This document shows, one piece after another, positions 55,006-61,944 of a stretch of 64,000 bases of DNA. Each line of letters begins with the position of its first letter. Within the stretch, counting starts at the first letter, position 1. The DNA comes from Anaerolineales bacterium (GTDB lineage Bacteria; Chloroflexota; Anaerolineae; Anaerolineales; JABWBV01). The notes beneath the pieces were generated by a model, which saw only the letters and a program-made list of their open reading frames with translations, ran no database searches and was not told the origin of the DNA. The translations under genes were made by a program, and so were the position numbers. The DNA is taken from contig DATKDL010000227.1 in the NCBI GenBank assembly GCA_035512695.1, forward strand, positions 6,941-70,940, given 5' to 3'.

Positions 55006-56079
55006 ATGAAGAACCTTCTCGTCACCGGCGGGGCCGGTTTTATCGGCTCGAACTTCGTCCGCTACCTGCTGGGCAATGAGCCGGAGGTCCGGATCGTCAA
55101 TCTCGATGCCCTGACCTACGCCGGCAGCCCGGAGAACTTGCGCGACCTTCCGGATCCGGAGCGACATCAATTTATCCGGGGGGACATCAACGACCGGGTA
55201 CTGGTCGACCGGCTGCTGCGGGAATCGGCCGTCGACACGATCATCCATTTCGCGGCCGAGACCCACGTCGACCGGTCGATCCACCACCCCGAAGCCTTCG
55301 TCCGCGCCAACGTCCTGGGCACGTTCACCCTGCTCGAGGCGGTGCGGGTTTTCTGGCTCGTCGAACGGGCATTCCCGACCGCCGACGTCCTGTTCCATCA
55401 CGTCAGCACCGACGAAGTCTTCGGATCGCTGTCGCCGTCCGACCCGGCTTTTAACGAGACCACCCCGTACGACCCGCGTTCGCCCTATTCCGCCAGCAAG
55501 GCCGCATCGGATCACCTGGTCCGGGCCTACCACCACACCTACGGCCTCCCTATCACGATCACGAACTGCTCGAACAACTACGGCCCGCAGCAGTTCCCCG
55601 AAAAGCTGATCCCGCTGATGCTTCTCAACGCCCGGTCCGGCAGGCCGCTCCCGGTCTACGGCGACGGGCTGCAGATCCGGGACTGGTTGTACGTTGACGA
55701 TCACAGCGAGGCCATCCGCCGGGTGATCAAGAGCGGCCGCCGCGGCGAGACCTACTGTATCGGCGGAGACAACCAGCCCCCGAATATCGAGATCGTGCGC
55801 ACGCTCTGCCAGATCCTGGACGAGCTCGAGCCCGCCTCCCCGCACAGCCCGCACGAATCCCTGATCACCCACGTCGCCGACCGGCCCGGCCACGACCGCC
55901 GCTACGATATCGATATCGACAAAATCCGCTCGGAGCTGGGCTGGTCCCCCCAGGAATCGCTCGCCAGCGGCCTGCTCAAAACCGTGCGCTGGTATATCGA
56001 CCACCCGGAGTGGGTCGAGGCGATCCGGTCCAGCGAAGATTATGCGGAGTGGGTGGAGAGGAATTATGGGAAGAGATAG
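55006..56079 (+). CDS. rfbB: dTDP-glucose 4,6-dehydratase
   Basis: MKNLLVTGGAGFIGSNF, YSASKAASDHLVRAY, and DRPGHDRRY near the C-terminus. The track start 54964 is an extension. Confidence 0.95.
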   Translation: MKNLLVTGGAGFIGSNFVRYLLGNEPEVRIVNLDALTYAGSPENLRDLPDPERHQFIRGDINDRVLVDRLLRESAVDTIIHFAAETHVDRSIHHPEAFVRANVLGTFTLLEAVRVFWLVERAFPTADVLFHHVSTDEVFGSLSPSDPAFNETTPYDPRSPYSASKAASDHLVRAYHHTYGLPITITNCSNNYGPQQFPEKLIPLMLLNARSGRPLPVYGDGLQIRDWLYVDDHSEAIRRVIKSGRRGETYCIGGDNQPPNIEIVRTLCQILDELEPASPHSPHESLITHVADRPGHDRRYDIDIDKIRSELGWSPQESLASGLLKTVRWYIDHPEWVEAIRSSEDYAEWVERNYGKR

Positions 56080-56099
56080 TGCGAGGTACGAGGTGAAAC

Positions 56100-56140
56100 G
56101 TGCAATGTGCAAGGTGCAAAGTGCACCTTGCACATTGCAC
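56100..56140 (+). repeat. 19-bp perfect hairpin between rfbB and rfbA (no U-tract)
   Basis: GTGCAATGTGCAAGGTGCA, loop AAG, TGCACCTTGCACATTGCAC. Confidence 0.6.
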
Positions 56141-56160
56141 CTTGCAAATCCGAGGTTGCC

Positions 56161-57066
56161 TTGAAAGGAATTATTCTCGCCGGCGGTAAAGGCACCCGCC
56201 TATACCCGATCACGATCAGCGTCAGCAAGCAGCTCCAGCCGGTCTATGACAAGCCGATGGTGTACTACCCGCTTTCGATGCTGATGCTGGCCGGGATCCG
56301 TGAGATCCTCGTGATCAGCGATCCGGCCGGGCTGCCGCTGTTCAAAAGCCTGCTCCAGGACGGGTCGCAGTGGGGGCTGTCGTTCAATTATGCCGAGCAG
56401 GCGGAGCCGCGCGGGCTGGCGGACGCTTTCATCGTCGGGCGCGACTTTGTCGGTTCCGACACCGTAGCCCTGATCCTGGGCGACAACATATTCTACGGCC
56501 ACGGGCTTCCGGCCCAGCTGCGCCAGGCTGCCGAGATTGCGGACGGTGGGCTGATCTTCGCCTACCCGGTCCGCGACCCGCAGCGGTATGGCGTGATCGA
56601 GTTCGACGAGACCGGAATGGCGCTGAGCATCGAAGAGAAGCCGGAGCGGCCGCGATCGAGCTTCGCCGTTCCCGGCTTGTATTTCTACGACAACGAAGTC
56701 CTCGACATCGCCGCCAACCTCGCGCCTTCCGCTCGCGGGGAACTCGAGATCACGGACGTGAACCGGGTCTATCTCGCCCGGCAGAAACTGCGGGTCGAGG
56801 TCCTCGGCCGGGGAGTGGCATGGCTGGATGCGGGCACGCATGAGTCGCTGCTTGAATCTTCCCAGTTCGTTCACGCCCTCCAGGCCCGGCAGGGAATGAT
56901 GATCTCCTGTCCGGAGGAAATCGCTTACCAGATGGGCTACATTTCCACCGACCAGGTCCGTCGAATCGCCGAAGGGATGAAGGGGAACGAATACGGGCAA
57001 TACTTGATGCGCCTGATCGACGATCGCGGCGACAAGATCGCATCTCAAAACCGGACAGGGATATAA
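56161..57066 (+). CDS. rfbA: Glucose-1-phosphate thymidylyltransferase
   Basis: [25 protein letters not shown], and EITDVN motifs. TTG 56161 with GAGG 7 nt upstream. The track start 56107 lies inside the hairpin. Confidence 0.9.
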   Translation: MKGIILAGGKGTRLYPITISVSKQLQPVYDKPMVYYPLSMLMLAGIREILVISDPAGLPLFKSLLQDGSQWGLSFNYAEQAEPRGLADAFIVGRDFVGSDTVALILGDNIFYGHGLPAQLRQAAEIADGGLIFAYPVRDPQRYGVIEFDETGMALSIEEKPERPRSSFAVPGLYFYDNEVLDIAANLAPSARGELEITDVNRVYLARQKLRVEVLGRGVAWLDAGTHESLLESSQFVHALQARQGMMISCPEEIAYQMGYISTDQVRRIAEGMKGNEYGQYLMRLIDDRGDKIASQNRTGI

Positions 57067-57091
57067 GAAGCTGGCGAACACCTGGAAACAT

Positions 57092-58846
57092 TTGAGCCGT
57101 CCGGCTCTGGATAAACTGGGGCTGCTTTCGCGACGGCAGGCCCTGGGCTGGGGGATGCTCGCCTGCGCGGCGCTGATCGGGCTGTGGACCATTCGTTGGG
57201 GCCTGTCCGACGTCGAAGGGGACGCCCTGGTCACCGGTTTCCACATGAGCAAAGGCAGGCTCCTGTACCGGGACATTTTTTCACATCATTTTCCCTTTAT
57301 CTATTTCTGGTCGACGGCTTCTGTCGCGCTGTTTGGAAAATCGCTCTACCTGCACCGCCTCACCGTCTGGCTTTTTCAGCTGGTCGTTTTCGGCGTCGTC
57401 ATGGTTTTGAGCAGGCAGGAACTCACGATCGGTATCACGAGCCTGATCTGGAGCATTCTGCGGCACCTGTACCTGAATAACATCCTCGTCTACCAGGCCT
57501 TCAGCGCACCCGCTGTGATAGGGATCGGCGCGCTGGTGCTGTACATCCTGCTCCAGCGCGATCAGACCGGGTTCCGCCATTACCTGGCGATCGGCCTGCT
57601 GGCCTCGGTCAGCGTGCTTTCGGACCCGCTCACGATCTACCCGGTCGGTGTTGCGCTGGTGCTGCTGTGGCTGCGGTCACCGCGTATCGGTTTTCAGACA
57701 TCCCTGGTCGCCGGCGCATGTGCGGTCCTGTTTCTCGGCTACCTGCTGCTGACCGGAGCACTCACCGATTTCCTTTCGGACGCCTTGCGTTTCAATTCGG
57801 AAATCTATGCCCGGTATAACAACAATTTCGCCTCGCCCTGGCGTTTCTCAAGATTTTCGGAACAGCTCCTCAGCGGGTTCGGGATCACGAACAGGCAGTT
57901 CCTCAACCTCGATCCTTTCCGGGAGATCACGACCCAGTACACGGATTTTGACCGCTGGCTGTTCACCGGTTTTCTCTACCGCATCGGCGCGCTTTCGGGC
58001 ATCCTGCTGTTCCTGGTCCGGAAGGAAACCTTCGCCGCCTTTTTCCTGTACACTTACTGCGCGGGCGCCCTGGCGATCGAGGTCTGGGGCCACCGCGCCG
58101 TGAATTTTGTCCCGCTGGCGCTGTTCATCGCGGCGGGGATGATTTCCCAGGAATGGTGGCCCGCCGAGGATGACCGCCGCCGGGCGATCGTCCGGAATGC
58201 CCTCACCTTCGCGATCGGATCGATGTTCGTATGGTTGGGGTTTCGGGTGATCGTCTTCACGCACGGCGGATTCGACGAGTATGCTTATATCAAACCGATC
58301 ATCGCATATCGGAACGAGGCCCGGGAACTGGTCGACCTCGCCTGCGGCCAGGACGGGGTGCAGCTCATCTTTTACCCGAACCGGATCTATCCCTATTTTT
58401 TTGCGGAGATGGAGGCGGTCGCAGGCTATTATTACATGTGGCCATGGGTGGCGGAAATTGCGCTTGACGAAGTCGTCGAGGCGTTGGAACGGCCTGGCGT
58501 GCTGGTCATCGCCCACCGGCAATTGAACGGATTGGTTTTCCAGCAATACGACACCCGGGAATACTTGAAACCGCTGGACGATTACTTGATGAACAACTAT
58601 ATCGCGGTCGATGACGGTCTTTATATCTCTCCGGCGCTGGCTGCCCGGTGCGCTGCGCAGGGCCATTCCAGCCCCCCTCTCAGGCAGATGCGCGACACGG
58701 GTACAGACGTCACGCAGCCGGGTGAAAATTTCTGGAAAAATGGGGTGCAGGCGGGGGCTTCGCCCCCGCCTGCACCCCATTTTTCCAGTATTCACGACGA
58801 CAGCCTGTGTACTTGCTGGGCGCAGATCAAAGTTGTGAGCGTATGA
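57092..58846 (+). CDS. Hypothetical polytopic membrane protein inserted between rfbA and rfbD (possible GT-C-like)
   Basis: About 11 TM helices and a soluble ~150-aa C-terminus. TTG start at 57092 (alternative ATG 57155). The last ~35 codons read through hairpin 58732-58788. Confidence 0.55.
   Translation: MSRPALDKLGLLSRRQALGWGMLACAALIGLWTIRWGLSDVEGDALVTGFHMSKGRLLYRDIFSHHFPFIYFWSTASVALFGKSLYLHRLTVWLFQLVVFGVVMVLSRQELTIGITSLIWSILRHLYLNNILVYQAFSAPAVIGIGALVLYILLQRDQTGFRHYLAIGLLASVSVLSDPLTIYPVGVALVLLWLRSPRIGFQTSLVAGACAVLFLGYLLLTGALTDFLSDALRFNSEIYARYNNNFASPWRFSRFSEQLLSGFGITNRQFLNLDPFREITTQYTDFDRWLFTGFLYRIGALSGILLFLVRKETFAAFFLYTYCAGALAIEVWGHRAVNFVPLALFIAAGMISQEWWPAEDDRRRAIVRNALTFAIGSMFVWLGFRVIVFTHGGFDEYAYIKPIIAYRNEARELVDLACGQDGVQLIFYPNRIYPYFFAEMEAVAGYYYMWPWVAEIALDEVVEALERPGVLVIAHRQLNGLVFQQYDTREYLKPLDDYLMNNYIAVDDGLYISPALAARCAAQGHSSPPLRQMRDTGTDVTQPGENFWKNGVQAGASPPPAPHFSSIHDDSLCTCWAQIKVVSV
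58732..58788 (+). repeat. 26/27-bp perfect hairpin inside the 3' end of the 57092 gene, upstream of rfbD
   Basis: CTGGAAAAATGGGGTGCAGGCGGGGGC TTC GCCCCCGCCTGCACCCCATTTTTCCAG. Confidence 0.7.
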
Positions 58847-59724
58847 AGATCCTCATCATCGGCAAAAACGGACAGCTGGGTTGGGAACTCGAGCGCTCGC
58901 TCGCCGTGCTTGGCGAGGTCGTCGCCGTTGCCCGGCCGGAGATCGATCTGTCGAACCCGGAGAGCACCGCCGGATGGGTCCGCCGCGTCGAGCCCGATGT
59001 CGTTGTGAACGCCGCCGCATACACGGATGTCGATGGAGCCGAGCGGGAAACAGGCGCGGCCCGGGCAGTAAACGCCCGCGCACCCGGGGTCCTGGCCGCC
59101 GAAACCGAACGGCTGGGGTCCGCCCTGATCCACTACTCGACCGATTTCGTCTTCGACGGCGAAAAACGCGAACCTTACCGCGAAACCGATCCGACCCGGC
59201 CGCTGGGAGTCTACGGACGCACCAAGCTGGAAGGCGAACAGGCGGTGGCTGCGGCCGGCGGGGCCGGTCTGATCTTCCGCACCGCCTGGGTTTACAGCCT
59301 GCGCCGGCCCAGCTTCGTCACCAGGGTGCTGGAATGGGCCCGCCGGTCCCCCGAACTGCGGATCGTGACCGACCAGACCGGCAGCCCGACCTGGTGCCGG
59401 ACGCTCGCCCAAGCGACCGCCCGGGTCATCGCCATGGGCGGCCCGGATCCGGCCGGGTTCCTGCGCGAGCGGCACGGCCTCTATCACGTGGCCTGCGATG
59501 GCGCCGCCAGCCGGGCCGAATGGGCCCGGGCGATCCTGCGCGGGGACCCGCACCCCGAGGAGCAGCTGGCGAAGGTCGTCATCCCCGCGTTGACCTCCGA
59601 TTTCCCGTCGCCGGCGATGCGCCCGGCTTATTCGGTCCTGGACTGCACCAAGTTCGCCGATGTCTTCGGCTTCCGGCTCCCGCCCTGGGAGGAAGCCCTG
59701 GGGCTGGCGATGGAGGCGGGATGA
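58843..59724 (+). CDS. rfbD: dTDP-4-dehydrorhamnose reductase
   Basis: MKILIIGKNGQLG, NAAAYTDVDGAE, STDFVFDG, and DQTGSPT motifs. Confidence 0.9.
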   Translation: MKILIIGKNGQLGWELERSLAVLGEVVAVARPEIDLSNPESTAGWVRRVEPDVVVNAAAYTDVDGAERETGAARAVNARAPGVLAAETERLGSALIHYSTDFVFDGEKREPYRETDPTRPLGVYGRTKLEGEQAVAAAGGAGLIFRTAWVYSLRRPSFVTRVLEWARRSPELRIVTDQTGSPTWCRTLAQATARVIAMGGPDPAGFLRERHGLYHVACDGAASRAEWARAILRGDPHPEEQLAKVVIPALTSDFPSPAMRPAYSVLDCTKFADVFGFRLPPWEEALGLAMEAG

Positions 59725-60833
59725 TCGCCAGGGACGAGTTGATCGTCGGGGACAGGTTGGTCGTCTCCGTGGTCGGCGCGCGGCCGAACTTCGTCAAGAT
59801 GGCGCCGGTCATTGCCGCGCTCGACCGGCGCGGCATCGCACAGGTCACGGTCCACACCGGGCAGCATTACGACGCACGCATGTCGGCCGTCTTCTTCGAT
59901 GAGCTCGGGATGCCCGAGCCGGGCATCTCCCTTGGCGTCGGCTCCGGGTCGCACGCCGAACAGACCGCACGGGTCATGCTGGCCTTCGAGCCTGTCCTGG
60001 TCGAGCACCGACCCGACCTCGTCGTCGTAGCCGGAGACGTCAACTCGACCCTGGCCTGCGCGCTGACCGCAACCAAGCTGGACATCCCCGTCGCCCATGT
60101 GGAATCAGGGCTGCGCTCCTTCGACCGGACGATGCCGGAAGAAGTCAACCGTATTCTGACCGACCACATCTCCGATCTGCTCTTTGTCACCGAGCCATCC
60201 GGCGCGGCCAACCTCCGGAAGGAGGGCATCGATCCGGACAAAATTCATTTCACCGGAAACACGATGATCGATTCGCTCGACCGGCACCTCCCGGCCGCCC
60301 TGGCCCGGGCACCCTGGGCCGCCTACGGCCTCGAGCCGGGCAGCTACGCCGTCCTGACCCTCCACCGGCCCGCCAACGTCGATGAGGAGACGAAGCTGCG
60401 CGAGCTGCTGGCGGCGGTCGCCGAGATCGGCGCACATACGCCGGTCCTGTTCCCGGCGCACCCGCGCACGCAAGAGCGGATGGATGGGTGGGGATTGGCC
60501 CAGGCGGGCGTCCGGCTGGTAGAGCCGCTGGGGTATCTGGATTTCCTGGGTCTGATGGCCCGCGCCCGCCTCGTCCTGACCGATTCCGGCGGGGTCCAGG
60601 AGGAGACGACGGCCCTCGGCGTGCCCTGCCTCACCATCCGGGACAACACCGAACGGCCCGTGACGATCGAGCAGGGCAGCAACCAGCTGGCCGGGACGAC
60701 CGGAGCCGGTCTGCTGGCGGCGTATGCCGGACTAAAAGCCGCCCCGGATCCGGCCCAGCGGCCGCACCTGTGGGACGGCCACGCCGCAGAGCGGATCGCG
60801 GACGTACTGACGGACTGGACGAGGGGCAGGTGA
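59721..60833 (+). CDS. wecB: UDP-N-acetylglucosamine 2-epimerase (non-hydrolysing)
   Basis: VVGARPNFVKMAPV, HTGQHYD, HVESGLRSFDRTMPEEVNR, and DSGGVQEE motifs. ATGA overlap with rfbD. The track ORF 58881-60833 is a same-frame extension. Confidence 0.9.
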   Translation: MIARDELIVGDRLVVSVVGARPNFVKMAPVIAALDRRGIAQVTVHTGQHYDARMSAVFFDELGMPEPGISLGVGSGSHAEQTARVMLAFEPVLVEHRPDLVVVAGDVNSTLACALTATKLDIPVAHVESGLRSFDRTMPEEVNRILTDHISDLLFVTEPSGAANLRKEGIDPDKIHFTGNTMIDSLDRHLPAALARAPWAAYGLEPGSYAVLTLHRPANVDEETKLRELLAAVAEIGAHTPVLFPAHPRTQERMDGWGLAQAGVRLVEPLGYLDFLGLMARARLVLTDSGGVQEETTALGVPCLTIRDNTERPVTIEQGSNQLAGTTGAGLLAAYAGLKAAPDPAQRPHLWDGHAAERIADVLTDWTRGR

Positions 60834-61777
60834 ACGCCGTACTCATCACCGGCGGGAACGGGTTTATCGGTTCGCATCTGGTCGATGCGCTGGCTGCGGC
60901 CGGCCGGCGGGTCGTCTCCTACGATCTTTACCCGCGCCCGTTTGAACCTCCCCCGGATAACGCCGTATTCATCCAGGGCAACCTGGACGACTCGGAGCTC
61001 GTCCGCCGGACGATCGTCGACGAAGGCGTCGAGGTCGTCGTCCACGCCGCCTGGGCGTCGATCCACGAAACATCGCTGAAGGACCCGGCTGCCGACGTCG
61101 AGGCCAACCTGGTCCCGACGCTGCGGCTGCTGGATGCCTGCCGGGAGGCCGGTGTGCGGCGCCTGGTCTTCCTGTCATCCGGCGGGCAGGTCTATGGAGT
61201 CCCGGAACGCAATCCCATCCGGGAGGATCACCCGGCGAACCCGATCAGCGCATACGGGGCGGCCAAGCTGGCGGCGGAGAAGTACGTCGGAATGTACGAA
61301 CGGTTGTACGGTTTGGAGAGCGTCATCCTGCGGCCCTCGGTGCCTTATGGGCCGCGCCAGAACCCGCGCCGCCGGCAAGGGGCGGCGGCCGTCTTCATCC
61401 ACCGGGCGCTCCACCGTCTCCCGGTCGAGATCTGGGGCGACGGAGAAGTGCAGCGAGATTACTTTTATATCGAAGACCTGAGCCGGGCTTTGGCTGCTGC
61501 GGTCGACTCGCCCGCTGCAGCCGGCGGCGTGTTCAACCTGGGCGGGCGAGAGACGATCTCGCTGAACGGCCTGGCCGCCGCCATCGAGCGGGCGCTGGAG
61601 CTGAAAATCGAGATCCAATATAAAGAAGCCCGCCGCTTTGACGTGCCGGCGCTGGCGCTGGATTGGTCGGCGGCGCAGCGGGTCCTGGGCTGGTCCCCCG
61701 AAGTCGAGCTGGAGGACGGGATCCGCCGAACGGCCGCCTGGCTGAAGAAATGGTTCGATGAACGAGATGGGAAGTGA
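60830..61777 (+). CDS. NAD-dependent epimerase/dehydratase (SDR, UDP-glucose 4-epimerase-like)
   Basis: VLITGGNGFIGSHLV and YGAAKLAAEKY catalytic motif. GTG 60830 overlaps the wecB TGA (GTGA). Confidence 0.85.
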   Translation: MNAVLITGGNGFIGSHLVDALAAAGRRVVSYDLYPRPFEPPPDNAVFIQGNLDDSELVRRTIVDEGVEVVVHAAWASIHETSLKDPAADVEANLVPTLRLLDACREAGVRRLVFLSSGGQVYGVPERNPIREDHPANPISAYGAAKLAAEKYVGMYERLYGLESVILRPSVPYGPRQNPRRRQGAAAVFIHRALHRLPVEIWGDGEVQRDYFYIEDLSRALAAAVDSPAAAGGVFNLGGRETISLNGLAAAIERALELKIEIQYKEARRFDVPALALDWSAAQRVLGWSPEVELEDGIRRTAAWLKKWFDERDGK

Positions 61778-61889
61778 CCTGGCCGCGGGGCTCGCCCGAG
61801 AGGACTTCACCGCCGTAACCGAGGCGCACACCGCCGGGCACCTCGGCAGCGGGGACGTGCGGGTGCTTGCCACACCGATGATGATCCTT
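61758..61889 (+). pseudogene. Truncated hotdog-fold thioesterase (first ~44 codons only)
   Basis: FTAVTEAHTAGHLGSGDVRVLATPMMIL matches the family N-terminus (VTxxxTAxxxGSGxxxVLATPxMIxLME). Similarity stops at about 61889, and the rest of track ORF 61758-62117 is antisense to the next gene. Confidence 0.5.
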
Positions 61890-61944
61890 AAATTCGGAGG
61901 ACGGGCGATATTGGCCGCGGTCTGGTCCGTCGAGATTGACTTCT

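Noticed and set aside
3132-58788. Interpreting the long hairpins as MITEs.
   Set aside because: They have no internal non-palindromic cargo. I could not identify target-site duplications or empty sites from this window alone. They are kept as a repeat/terminator family rather than called mobile elements.
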